64,000 nucleotides of DNA from Rhodosorus marinus CCMP1338. Taxonomy: Eukaryota; Plantae; Rhodophyta. The notes under the pieces are model-generated. The model was not told the DNA's origin. It did not search any database and saw only the letters and a list, made by a program, of their open reading frames with translations. A program made the position numbers and the translations under genes. Positions 23,767 through 37,013 of the stretch are shown piece by piece. The stretch lies in assembly GCA_029953675.1 (NCBI GenBank), contig JAMWBK010000010.1, forward strand, positions 930,001 through 994,000. The letters run 5' to 3'. Within the stretch, counting starts at the first letter, position 1. Every line of letters starts with the position of its first letter.

Positions 23767-25737
23767 GGCGCAAAAATCAACACAATCAACTCCCTTCTCA
23801 GCCCACCCACGAAACAGAAGGAAAAAAATCCTCCTTCCAAAACCCTTCACAAGTCGTCAAGACTTCTACTTGGGCAAACCAACCGCTGATCCCCAAGCAA
23901 GACAGCGCTGCACAACCTAAACAGCAGCCGAAGAAACCCCTTCACGTCCGAGATCCAAGCACAGTCACCCTCATCCTTCCGGATGGAGTCCTGAAACTCC
24001 CATTCACAAAGCAACACCTTTCCCAACCAAAAAAATTATATATATAAAGCCCCAAGACCCCCTCCCCAAATCAGAAAAACAACAGTAAGGCCTTCCTAAA
24101 ACTTCTACGGCTCAAGTAGCTGTTACCGGGTCACCTGCAAAAGCGCACCTCAATCAAGAAACCTAAACTCTTTCCCCCCTCCCGATCGACTTTAAACATT
24201 CGAAGATCTCCTTCCTCAACAACCCAACGGCTCAAAACAGCTTCTCATCAAGACCTTCATTCGAAAGTCGCACACAGGCCAGAGTTTGTGCTCTTACCAC
24301 TTTTCCAGTTTCTGATTAAGGCGCCGCTTTGACATGTACTCCTATCAAAGGGGACGTTCAACAAGATACATATCCGTGCAGGCTGGTGAACATGCCAGGT
24401 TTATGATCGTCAGCGGGGCCACTGACCACAGCAGTATCAAGGCTGAGGACTTCGACGCTTGTAGAAATAGCAAGGACAGAGTTTGGATCGTCTGTGTGGT
24501 CAGACCTACCCGCAATTGTGTGTGGAGTTTCCGGAAGCGACCGCAATATCATCGTCTGTCTGTACACTTGCCAGAGGTATACGGAAAGAGTGCGGATCCC
24601 CCTCCGCGCGTGTGAGGACGTGGAAGCTGTGAAGCTGTATACCAGCAATGCTGGAGGATGCTCGGTTTTAATGACTGAGATAAAACTGCGATGTGGCGCT
24701 AAGCATGATGACGGACTTGTGCTATCCGAAGAGGTGCGACGTCGCAATCTGGTGCAGAACATAAGTCTTACGAAGCTCGTGGGCGTAGGTAAAGGCTATG
24801 ATACCCACTCCGTCAACTGAAGATTGTTTTACAGATTCGGGTGTCGAAGGCTGCTCCAAACAAAAGTCTCATTTCACCATGGCCTATCAAGTCTGCGATG
24901 AACACAACGTGAGAATTCAAGACCCTTCTTCTGTCCCGCCCCTTCAAGGTCGTTGTCTTAGTCAAGCGGCGCTGGTCATCATCCACCCTTCAACTACTCA
25001 ACTGCTTTTGTCCACCAGCTTCTCCACCATCAACTCTTGAAAATCCCGCACAGCTTCTCCATTTCATAAAACCCTTCAAAAAAAAGAAGCAAACCCACTC
25101 ACGCACAATCGATACTTAGGACACATGCTAGAGTATAATTCGATTATATTCGTCTGAAGAACAGGTGTAGGTATTCAATTTGTTGAAATGCTTTTCTATA
25201 TAAAAAACAAGATTTTGTATCGCCGTTTAATTGGATATTTCACAAAATCTGACAGTTGTAGATATATTATTGGTTTAAGGGGTTTGCGTATCTAAAATAT
25301 TGTAATTCAGTATAATGCCCTGGCATGATTTTTTGGATGAGACGGTTACTAGGATATCGAGTTGTGGCGATGAGGATGGTGCGGGAGCGTTGGCTGGATG
25401 TCTTCGGGGATTGTGGTGTTTCGTTAGACGATGCTTACCTTAGGAACTTGTTTGGAGTTTTTGCGTTCTTCTACGAATCATTCACTGTCTGGTGCTAGCG
25501 CGGAGGGCAGAAAACGAAACAGCTGAGAACGATCTTGCGCTGGTTTTTTTTTTGTTTATTTTTGTTTCGGTTTGGGCGGTGGGGGAAGAGGTGAAAAAGT
25601 GGATCCGGTGGATCCCTTGAAGAATTCTGTGATGCTTGGCATTGCGAGTAGGAGTTTGGGGGTGCTTTTTTGATTAATTCCTCGAATTTTAGCGGTTGCA
25701 GTTGATATTAGAATCTCTGCTGGGGTTGGTCATCGCA

Positions 25738-27120
25738 ATGGACAAACGAGCTGAGGAGGAAAGTGCTTCTGTGCCTACGAAGAGTCTAATGCATGGCATT
25801 GAAGGCTACGCCAGGAACGCCATGCTACTAGCTAGTAGTCAACTTGTGGCCGCAAAGGTATTGCAAAATGTCATGTAGGCACAGCAGGCTTATATTTTAT
25901 CGAGAGTATTCCTAACTCATGTTCCAAAACCCTCCTCTTGACCTGTTTGCGCTACGAAAAACACGCAGCTACAACAAGATGAGCAACGAAAAGAGGCGAA
26001 GCGTGAACCAGGAGTTGAACCATCGCCCGAGACCGAGTTGTTCGCGCAGGAGGCTGTTTTGCATGCCATCGCGGAAATATCGGAAACCTATATAAGAGAG
26101 GTGAACACCGGTTCTTCAACCGTAATATCCAGCTAACGCAATCGAGAAACTGAAAAAGCTCTTCGTTGAAATTTATCCAGATGGGAAAGTACTCGAAGGA
26201 CCAAGCAGAATTGTCGGGAAGAACTCAGGTGAGCTTGCCTATTGACGTGGACAAAAGGTGCTCAATATGAAAGTGACAGAAACCACTTTTCATGCTTTAG
26301 GCCAACCTGACCGATGTTTTAGCTTCTCTTGAACGGGCTGCGATAACCACACAAACCAATGTTCGAGAGCTTGCCATTTACTGTATGTCCGAAGAAGTTG
26401 CGTTTCCCAAAACCCTGACTGGATTTCCGCCGGAGCCAAGGGTTGATAAGGGAACCAAAGATGCATTGATTGAGATACCCGTTGAGAAAGAAAACGATCA
26501 AGTACGCAACAAATGCACAGTCTCCGGGAGAAGCTCTTAGCAACTGTGTTGCAGCAGATGATGCTTACGGTTCTTGACAATCAACAACAGGACGGCCCTG
26601 CGCCAAAGAAAAAGGGAGAAGGCCCACACATGGAAAGTTGGATGCCTCAGCTGCCACCTGCTTACACATATGTTTCAACGGTTGAACAGAGAAACGCTTT
26701 GAAGGATGGTGTGAGCGAACAGATTGTCAGCAAGCAGCGGAGGCAGGTAGGAGATCCAGAGCATTCTCTTACTGGATTCCGTTGTTCCTTTGGGACAAAT
26801 CTGAACCTAGACTTGTGCCTGCATATTTCGCTTTAGGCCGAAAAAGAACTTGTGGAGCTAACACGGCAGTCGACAGGGCGGCGGAAGACTAGCCCCATGA
26901 GGTGCGCATGCTAATGCGATTGGGAGTGAAACTGATGGTACAAACTCTGAAGCTCGTTCTGCCTTTTCTAGTGAGAATCCGTTTCTGCGCCCTACCCGGA
27001 GGTTGAACGAGCTCTCCCAACCCCCTGATGATCTCCAATTTCAAGATCGCGACAGAGAAATACTCGAGCCGGAGGAGGGTTCGACCTCTGCTGCTAATTT
27101 ATCATCGGTAAGATCTTGAG
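25738..27120 (+). CDS. TAF8: TFIID subunit 8 (bromodomain-associated histone fold plus TAF8_C)
   Basis: Spliced translation gives AIAEISETYIRE|MGKYSKDQAELSGRTQ|ANLTDVLASLE, then HMESWMPQLPPAYTY, QRRQ|AEKELVEL and NPFLRP. The 3' end is uncertain. Confidence 0.82.
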
Positions 27121-27754
27121 CGGAAATCTTGAAACCAATCCCACCCCAAGTTCGCGTGCTGAACCTCGTGGATCGCCTATCTCCGTATGCATTGTTCCTT
27201 AGGCTGTACAAGGAGAGCCTGATAAAGACGCGAAGCGTATGCGAGGCGAAAGGATCCTCGCCACCAGCAACACAGTTGGCGACTGAGAGACTGGAACTGG
27301 TCTCCCTTCGAAGGATGCCTTCGCTCTTTGACGCCTTTACCAGTTCACAATTACTATTAAACTACTAACAACCAATGTTCCCCTATTAAGTTAGCCGTAT
27401 CTAAATCTAGAACTCTATCCATAATGTAGATATTTTAGAGTTTTTAGCCCTGTCCTGCCCTAATGTCGTCGTCGGCCGGCGGCGAGAAATGAGGGAACAC
27501 AGCAATGAAGGGTTGGCCCTTGAAAAGTTATTAAAAAAGTATATTTTCCTGAAAATGCGACATCGGCTAGGGGCGGAATACGATGTGCAAGAAAATCGAT
27601 TTGGGGTCGTATGATGGGGTGAGAGCTTTCCGCGGATGGTGGGAAAGGGAAGGGAGAAGGGGGAGCTGGGTTTAAGGTTGGGTCAGTAGGCTTGTACTTC
27701 AAATTGGGAGAAGGAGGAGGAATTTTGCGGAGCGCCGTCTTTTGAAGAGGAAGA

Positions 27755-28446
27755 ATGGTCGTGAAGTAAGTTTTTTTTAGTTTGGTTTCTGCTTCGTGAA
27801 TGTTCTGTTCATCGTGCTTTTTGTGCTCCTCCTTGGGCTTTTGAGGACTGGTTGTGGTGGGAAACGGATGAAAGAACGATTTTCTTTGCTCACGAGCACT
27901 TTTCTCGGTGTTTTTTCCTTCTCTTTTGCTTTTCTTGTGTAGAACTGAGGTTTGTAACTTTTCGGGATTTAAGATTTATCCCGGCCATGGCTCTAGGTTC
28001 GCAAGGACTGATGAGAAGGTCTTCAACTTTATCAACGGGAAATCGAAGGCATGCCAGAAGATGAAGAGAAAGCCGGTGAAGCTTAACTGGACTCAGTTGT
28101 ACCGAAGAGTAAACAAGAAGGGAGCCCAGGAGGAGACGGTTAAGCGCCGAACAAGAAAGGTTAACACCGTTGTGATGAAGCCCGTTGAGGGAGCATCCTT
28201 GGAAGTTATCAAGGCCAAGCGTAATCAGCAACAGAGATCGAAGGCTACTGGCGCGAAGGCTGCGAACTTGAAGTAAGTCCAACTTAGTCGATTCGTATCG
28301 AGATTGGCATTCTCAACAATTCTGTTCGTTACACTGTAAACAGGGAAATTAAGGCTCGGAAAGCTGGTGGTAAGACGAAGAGGGGAGGTGCCCCGCTTGC
28401 TGGGAAGAGAGGCGGCCCCCAGGCACCGCCCCCGAAGAAGCACTAA
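27755..28446 (+). CDS. RPL24: 60S ribosomal protein L24
   Basis: MVVK|TEVCNFSGFKIYPGHG...LNWTQLYRRVNKKG...GASLEVIKAKRNQ. Two GT-AG introns; last exon ends KKH-stop at 28446. Confidence 0.96.
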
Positions 28447-28708
28447 GTCGATTCATTAAGATTTAAAGATGGACAGTAAAATCACCAAATCGAAAGTACC
28501 TAGCAAGTTTCTCGGCGATTTGGCTGCCTTGAGGAGCGATTCTTTCGGATTTTCGTACTTTTCGTCGCCCGCAAAGAAGCGCGAGCTGATCTCTCTTCGT
28601 CACTGCGCGAACCAGAGCGCGTACGCTGACTTGAAAGTTTAATATTAGATTAAGTTGACCCCTAGTATACTACAGCAGAATGCGCCTAGCATGGCGTTGA
28701 GCAAAGGG

Positions 28709-29644
28709 CTACGCTTGTGTTGCGCTGCTGCTCAAGATTTTCTTATTCTCCTGTTCACGCTGTCTGGAAGCTTTACGCATTTCCTCAGCTTTGAAGAAGC
28801 CCGAAAGGTCATCAAAAACTGACTCCGGGGCTTGCTCTGCATCAAAGCACTGCAGCCGTTCATTCCTACGATAGTAGTCTACAACTGGCATTGTCATCTC
28901 GTGAAAGGTATTGATTCTCTTCTCAATCACAGACGCTTCGTCATCGACTCGTCCGCTAGTGAGTCCGCGATTTGTCAATCGGGCCTGAAGACAAAAAGAG
29001 CTTTCTTTCAGAAGCAGGATCAAACCATAGGCAGGCATCTTCGCAGGAACAGCCGATATCCACCAACCTTCAGAACTTCATTTGGGCAAGAGAAGAAGAG
29101 AACTGCTCTTGCACGGGCATACACTGTCTCAAAGTCAACCGCCTGCTTGATCTCTCTAGGGAATCCGTCAATAAGGACTCCGGGACACTCGCTGAATCTG
29201 CAAATGTGTCCAGAGCACCCAGCGGTTCAGACGAACAAATCCCCCCAAATCGCATTAACGGGTAAACAGATGGGAGCTTGCAATATGACAAACGCACCTT
29301 TCAATAGCCGTGTACAATAGTTCCATAGTTATGTGTCCCGGAACGATCTTTCCATTCCGAATACAATTCTCAACCAGAGCACCAATCTCATCATCGTCTT
29401 TGGCCTTTTCTCTGAGCAAGTCCCCCGCGCAAACTTGCCTGAACGAGAACTCATCCACAAGTCTCTTACACTGAGTACCCTTACCCGAGCCAGGCCCTCC
29501 TAGTACAAAATAAACTGGAGGAAGCTTCACCCCCTCTGCTCCACCAGCAGCCCGCGCATCAACCCTCGAGCACGCCCTGACCCGCGCGCCATCGTTCCCA
29601 GCAGCTCCCATCCCAACACAAACAAAGCCACTCGCCATTCCCAT
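28709..29644 (-). CDS. UMP-CMP/adenylate kinase family protein with transit-like leader
   Basis: P-loop FVLGGPGSGKGTQC, AGDLLRE, GKIVPG, LIDGFPR, GRVDDEASVIEKRINTF; multi-exon. Confidence 0.92.
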
Positions 29645-31292
29645 TGCTCGAAACTCAAAACGTTAATACGCACCCTTCCTCCGCTTCAAAAGATCCTAAC
29701 AGAAGTACGGCACAAAATGCCAAAACTAAATAATTAGAATAATAAATAAACTCTCAGAATCGCCAAAACAAGGCGCCAAACAAACAAGCCAATACGCCAC
29801 CGCTCCCAGCTCCCACCACAACCTCCCTCGTCACTTGCACCGGAAAGAGGCAATATAACTGCTTCCATCCCATTCATTTCAATGCAGATTAAAAATTACC
29901 AAAACACATCATTTATCCAGTATACCTCCAGGACCGTCCAAAACCAATCTATACCCATTCTCCCTCAATCAATTATCCAATTGATCAATCAACTCTGTTT
30001 TTAATCCCGCCTTAGTCCAATCAACTATGACTTAGTATCATTATAGCCAACCATGTATCGATCGTCCAATCGCCGAGCGTTTAATTTGTTAAAGTTAACA
30101 TCTGGAATACTTAGAAGTGATTAATTGGCTGAACTTGATATGTGATATCCAATGATGAACTGCTATGAGGGCTTAGGACTATTTTTGTTTTTTTTAGTGA
30201 TTAAGAGATTTTCGTCAAGTGCTGGAGTGGGAATTTTGGATGAAATTGTTCTGGTTGACTGCGGCGAGTTAGGGTTTTTCGGTGCCGAGATCGATTTGTG
30301 AAATCGATCGTCAGTGATTTGTCCCCTTGCGTTGCTAGTCCTGTCCCGTCACAGTGGTGAGAAGTCTGATGTAGATAGCGTATATCAAGATTTTGGTATC
30401 GAAATCCGGACGGTTGCTACTTTGAGCGGCTGAACGTTCCCATTGCAAACGCCGCTGGACAAATGTCGGGGGCGCTCGTGTCGCATGAGTAGCCTTCGAC
30501 CGCAATGTTGTTGGTGACGCTTTCCATGGGCAGCGGAGAACCCCCGAAAACTGCCATGCCAAACTACATGGGATCGAAGAGGAGGTGCAAATGCTCACAC
30601 AATACAAGAGGACCTCGTCCAGGTAACTATCTCGTGCACCACCTGGATAAAGCGAAGGCTACATGCGCAATACATCACCTCCGCGACCTTGGGGTTCTGA
30701 TTCCAGTATATCAGAACGAACTCCCACAGCTTTGCTGATCGATCCTAGATCGTTGGGTCGGGGGGGAACTCGCCAGAATAGTGTTTGACACCTCGTATGC
30801 TTAATTTTGCTTGATGAACCATTCAGAGTGCACTTGGAAGTTGCTAAATGCTTTGCAGCTTCGGATTCCTGCTAGGAACGACTCTGTCTACCTTGTCGCT
30901 TTCCGTTTAAGCGGGCTCTACAGTACCACTCCAAACCTCGATATCAACAGATTGTTTGCACCCGTATATTTTAAATTGCGGGGCGACCAGGCTCAGCGTT
31001 ATCCATTCTCGGGTGCAAGTATGTACACGTCTGGGATTGAACAGTTGGAATGAAAATTGTTGATGAAGGGGGAAGGCCCGCCTCTGGAACCGTGGTTATC
31101 CTTGGTACCAGGTACCAAATCTAAGGTCGTCTTCTTCCTGCAACGGAAATTTTTAGTTTGTGGTCATTTGTGCCTCGCTTATGTGTTTTTCTAAGGTAGC
31201 GAACTACTTTCATTTGTGTCGACTCGGGGAGAAAGGGGGCGAGGGGAGGGGGGGGGGGGAAGACTGGAAGACTGGCAGGAAAGAGTTAGAGT

Positions 31293-32899
31293 ATGGCGGT
31301 ACTGGGACTTGTTGGAAGCTTTGGGTGCAGTGTCAATGATACCCCAAGTGCCAAGAAAGCGATCGTCGTGGGAGGTGGTATTGGCGGTATATGCACTGCT
31401 GCCAGACTAGCCCGCAGCGGTTTTTCTGTTTCAGTTTACGAAAAAAACAATGCACTCGGAGGAAGAATGTCCGAGCTAAAGCTTGAGACCGATGCCGGTG
31501 AATATCGCTTCGACACTGGCCCAAGTCTGCTGCTGCTTCCGGAAGTATACAGGCAAACGTTTCGAGATCTTGGTGTTGACATCGATGACGTTGTAGAACT
31601 AACTAGACTGGATCCAAACTACAAAGTTTTTCGAGGACAAGACAGGTTGTGCATTAGATCCGATGTATCCAAGATGCGAGAAGACCTCGAAGCGGTCGAG
31701 AAGGGATCCTTTGAGGAATGGCGGAAGTATTCAAGTTCTGCGCTTGCCTTTTTCCGCGGGGGATTCCACAGTTTCATAGAGAAGGACGATATGGATATAC
31801 TCACGAAATCAGACTACAGGCAATGGATTCAGATGGTGTTGAAGGGTGGGAATCCGTTGGAAAGCCACGTGGCATATTTGTCCAGACGCTTCACCTCTCA
31901 AACTCTTATTGGGGCCGCCTCATTTCAAGACCTATACGTAGGCCTATCTCCTTTCAAGGCCCCTGCTGTGTTCTCCTTGCTGGGAGCTCTGGAGGCCGAG
32001 CAAGGTGTATGGTATGCTAGTGAATCGCAAAGGCCGCCCCTAACTTTCATGCGTATCACGTTGTCTTAGAAACCGATCCTTTGCATGCCAAAACACGCAG
32101 GTATCCAAAGGGCGGAATGCGTGCCATTGCTAGGGCCCTTGTAAACGTTGCGAAGGAAAATGGTGTACAGTTTCACACCTCCACTTCTGTGAGAAGAATC
32201 GGGACTGAGTCCACGACCGCGAAATATGTTGAGCTCGAGGACGGTAGTCGAGAGACTGCCGACGTCTTCGTCGTGAATGCTGATCAGACATACGCCGCGC
32301 GTGAGCTGCTTGGGTACACCGATAGACAAGATCCTGCGTTCTCTTCAGGCGTTGTGAATGTCATGCTCGCTGTTGAGGATCCCTGTGAAGGTCTGGAGCA
32401 CCACAATATCTTCCTCGCGGATGACTTTCGAAAGAGTTGGGACGGCATTTTCGAGCCGGGGCTGCACCTGCCTAACGATTTCAACATGTATGTACACGTT
32501 CCAAGTAAGACGGATCCCGCTGCCGCACCGCAAGGTTGCAGTTCGGTCATGTGTCTCATTCCGTGCGGGACTCTCCCAGGAAACCGGGAAGAGCTCCTGA
32601 CAAAAGCAAAGGCGGGAGCGATTGAGACGCTTTCGAAGTTCTTCCCACAAGAAACGATACGTGCGCAAGCTTTCTATGAACCCAATCACTGGAAGCTGAC
32701 TTACAACCTGGACAGGGGCGCGGCGTTCGGTCTGGCTCATAACATTCAGCAGCTAGCAATCTTTAGACCTTCGCAAAGGTCGTCTACGTTTACCAACGTG
32801 TACTTTGTTGGAGCCAGCACTCGACCAGGAAATGGTGTACCATTAGTTATGATATCATCCCGACTCTGCACGGAGAAGGTCCTCCAGGACTTTGCCTGA
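31293..32899 (+). CDS. crtI: CrtI-family (bacterial/fungal-type) phytoene desaturase-like FAD oxidoreductase
   Basis: IVVGGGIGG...VYEKN...GGR, RFDTGPSLLLLP, YPKGGM, GAAFGLAH and YFVGASTRPGNGVP. One intron at 32012-32100 joins GVW|YPKGG. Confidence 0.88.
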
Positions 32900-34529
32900 T
32901 GTGTCCGACAAATTTAGTAAGTTGAAAAGCCCAGGGAATTACACACACACATACATCGCAAGCTTTTGTTTTGGCATTCTGTTTCTATGTTCATAAAAGG
33001 AAAAAAACACCACACGAAATATTAAATTCACTGATAACACGTCTTCATATATGTATCTCATATAGCAGGCCTCTGTGCAAGGTATACAAACTCAACATTC
33101 CAATCCCGACCTCCAGCCCACCCAACCTTTTTGCTACGTGCTCTGATCCAATAAGCCTCTCCAAAGCGACACCCACCCACCCCTCTATCCCCTTCCCCCT
33201 AAGATCCCCATGTCCTCTAAAATTGGTAAAACACAATAAAATCAGGGGTGTTTGTATAAACACAACCTCATTTTTTCGAGGATGGGAAGCTAACCAAGCT
33301 CATTCGCTACAAGGGAAAAAGGGAACTTTTCTTTCAATACTGATATTCTATTCAAAGATATTTATATTTACGATATAAAATGCACGTCTATCACCACAGA
33401 CCCTCCGTTTTGGAAGGTTTTCACCCATTTTTTGCTTCATACAGCCATTGTTCAAACCATACTGGCCAATGAAGAGCTGATCATATATTAAATTGAAGAA
33501 TTAATTTTTCATAAATGTATATTTTACTACTACTATATATATATATTTCGTTGCCTCTGTAGCCAATAAATTAGTTCCTGGGGACTGGAGCTGTCGCGTT
33601 CATTCCCAAACAAATGCTCAGGACCTTTTTTTTTTGGTTGAGGGTCGTTCATTTGATTGAGCTCTACCCCTCCCCCCCGTGAATTACTGTTACCAATCAA
33701 CAGTTGTCTTGAGAAGAGTTTAATCACATTTTTGGGGATTGTTTTTAAAACAAAAGTTCATATTATTGGCCTCTCGCTACTCCATTGGACAATTTCGTAC
33801 CTGCTCAAACATTTTTCTTTAGTATTGTGTTCATTCGACCAATCGGTGTCTGGAAGCTCCAAAATATTTATAAAACTTAGGAACCCAGACAGGTGCACAA
33901 GGTCATCGAATGAAAGCGGTTTTTTTCAAATTAGTAATACTTTTTTCAGCCAGCAGTCCCTGGAGCGAATCTCAACGGAAAAAAAAAAGCAAATAGCTCT
34001 GGTTCCATTGGATAAACGAGTTATGTCTCGTATTTATTTTTATGCATATTTGCACCAACACCCTCTCCCCCCCTTACGAAGAAGACATTCCCGATGGAAC
34101 TTGGCATAAAATGCTCCTTTTTTGCTCGTTGGTGTCGTCTTTGGAAGGGCGAATGCTCTGTTGTTGGTGTGAAGAAGGGGTGAGGTTGACTTTAAGATGG
34201 AAGTGTGTTTTGGGTGGATGCGATTTGGTATATGATTGAAACAGATGAGATTTTTTTGCTGGGCTTTTGTTCTGTTTGCAAATTTTTTTTCGGGTTCGAT
34301 TGTTTGAAAAGCCGGGGTGGGAAAGGTTTATGAGGTGACAACTGTGAGACGGAGTCTTCTCAGACCATCCGTTTCGCCAGGGGTTCAGTAGACGGCAGCA
34401 AGTGTATGTGGTAGAGAGGGAAAAGGAGGAGGAGAAACGTCATCTAGATGAACAGGAACATCCTTGACAGCCGATCTGCCTGAACATTGTCTGTTTGTCC
34501 TGGGAAGGTGCATTTTTTTGGGACAGTGT

Positions 34530-34578
34530 GGGACGGGGCAGGGGACGGGGCGGGGGACGGGGACGAGGACGGGGACGG
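34530..34578 (+). repeat. (GGGGAC)n-like G-rich repeat upstream of the AP2 gene; G-quadruplex potential
   Basis: Sequence GGGACGGGGCAGGGGACGGGGCGGGGGACGGGGACGAGGACGGGGACGG. Confidence 0.8.
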
Positions 34579-34651
34579 TCTTGCTTGGATGTCCTGAGGA
34601 TGTCATAGAATAGTTTCTGTGCTATTTTTTTTTTTGTACGTCACTGAGGCC

Positions 34652-35527
34652 ATGATATCGAGTTATCGAGGGGTTTCTTGGAACAAGAAGAACAAGGCGT
34701 GGCAGGCGCGAATTAGATATGGCCGTAAGTTTCCAGATGGTGCACTGAAAATCGAGTTGGAGTTGGTCTGAGATTCTTCACTGACGCTTTTGAGCTGGTA
34801 TTCTGTAGGAGACGTTCTGTCCTTGGGCTATTTTGACTGCGACAAACGCGCAGCGCAGGCGTTTGATATTATGTCTTTGAGAATTCATAAAGATCTCGCG
34901 AAGACAAATTTTCCGTTCGGGAACTACGATAGGCGGATCTTTGAGGACAAGCCACTTTCAGAAGTTGTGTATATGGCGAGAGCGTTGTCTAGGAAACGTC
35001 GGAGGAGCGGAGACGATGAACAAGAGCGAGAATGGGAGAGAGTTGCCCTGGAGGTACCTAACTTCGCGGTAGGAATGCGCTAGTTCGATGGTTGTACACT
35101 CGGATCTAATCCTTGTTTTTCTCGATTCCCATTTGTCTAGGCATGCATGAGAATACATGAAGGTGTCTCAAACGCGTCGGAATCGGATCACACATCTGAA
35201 GCGCGCTCGAGCGGGGAGCTCGAACGAGAAAACAATCTAGGAGGATTGCTACAGGCAGCAGAAGTAAGATAGGGCATCTACTGGAGCAATGCCCTGGTTT
35301 CATTGCCCATCGCAGGTCTCAAAAATTGCGATTTTTCCTTGTACTTCCAGGTAACAAGTCTGCGGGAGAAAAATGCAAACTTGATGCACTCCAAGGAATC
35401 CTTAGAACTCGCTTTGCAGTTCAGCCAGGCTCAGTGCGTGTCAGTATCCTGGGAGCGTGACCAGGCAATTGCACAGAGAGACCAAGCAATGGTGAGAATC
35501 AAACAGTTGGAGCTTGAGGTATGTTGA
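34652..35527 (+). CDS. AP2/ERF-domain transcription factor with C-terminal coiled coil
   Basis: SYRGVSWNKKNKAWQARIRYG|RDVLSLGYFDCDKRAAQAFDIMSLRIHKDLAKTNFP, with an intron at 34725-34808. The 3' end is uncertain. Confidence 0.88.
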
Positions 35528-37013
35528 AGCGCGCATGACGTTTCTGCGATGTCCATCATTCTGACCTCCCCTTGTTATCGCAGTTCGCCTCAAGCGGATT
35601 TCATAAGCGCTCTCATAGGGATAATGGCCAGGGATCAGACTGTACAACTTCAACTGACCAGCAGCTTCATACCAGGGTGGAAATGTCGCAGCCCAGTATT
35701 AACGTCAAAGGCCTGCAGTCGCATCGTGAAAGCGGAGAGTCGTGTGCAGTTACCGCTTCGTAATTAATCAACATAGCTAAAAAACTCTAACCAAATGCGT
35801 GCATTCGAGAACCCCAACCCCCTCTCCCCACCCTCTCTGTACGGAGAAGTAATAACCACAGCCACTATGGGGAGCCCATTCTAATCGAATCTACACAATG
35901 CAGTCATCATTTCATCAAAACAATATATTCATTAATACGTCGATCATAAATGCGTTATGGCTCTGAAGCCACAAAACAAAAAAAAGACGATCATCGCTGG
36001 CACTTACCATCCTCCCACCAAAGCAGGTTGAAAATCTGCCTGTCACACACACCCACAATCTCTCATCGCTCATGCATCTCACGTTCAATCCAACTGTCCC
36101 CATGTCCCACTCCCGAAACCGTCCCGCCCAAAACTGCTCAACTGGACTGAATCCATTCCTTTATCCAATTAAATCAAGAATCACATCAATATTCAATCAT
36201 TCACCCGATCCCGTTAAGGCATGCATTAGAAATCAACGGGTTTTTTTGATGATATAATTTTTTTGAGATACTTTCATTTTAATTGTAGAGACACGCACAT
36301 TTGGGAGATATGTTTTTGCTTGCCTTCACTGGGTTTGGCATTTACATTTGTTTTTGTTTTTGGATGAAAATTCGAAGCAAGTGCGCATTTCAAGGCTTTT
36401 TGGTTGGAAAAGGCTGAACATGTCTCTAAATGATACGAAATGTCAGGAAATTAACGATGAGTGTTTGTTTTTTTATTTGAAAATCTTGGATGTATCTATC
36501 TTTTTGAAATGGGGGTGTTAATTTTGGGGTTTTTTAATGGAAATGGGGTTGAGAGTGTAGGGAAAAGGGGGGGGAATGGGAAAGAGCGGGATATCTGTAA
36601 CAATGTATGAGATGGGAATGGAATGGGGTCTAGTAGCAGAAGAGTAGGTGGAGGTACAGAGGTAAGTACTCGAAGCCTGCTGAGCTGGGGCTTTTTGGTG
36701 GTAGGCTAGAAGCGTTTGCTTTGGTTTGTTTGAGGGCGTATTTCTTGTTTCTTTCAAGTTTTGGCCGTGCGTTTGGTTTTTTGGGGAGGTCTTGGTTTGT
36801 TTTGTTTTGTTTTGTTTTTGGTTTCGTTTTGGCCTTTGGCTGGCGATGAGATGGTGAGCGCAGAAGACCGTAGAGTACACCCTGTGAGTTTTGTTACCAA
36901 TGGTGAGTTTGGTTGAGCCGGGTCACAAGGTCTGGTGGTCACTGGATTTGCTTGCTTGCTGATTGCTGAAGTCGGTTTCCAATTCAGGTCCAGTTTTGCG
37001 TGAAGGAAAGACC

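Noticed and set aside
24300-25050. Probable small gene between PAT1 and TAF8
   Set aside because: Overlapping ORFs on both strands; no consistent exon chain or family could be established.
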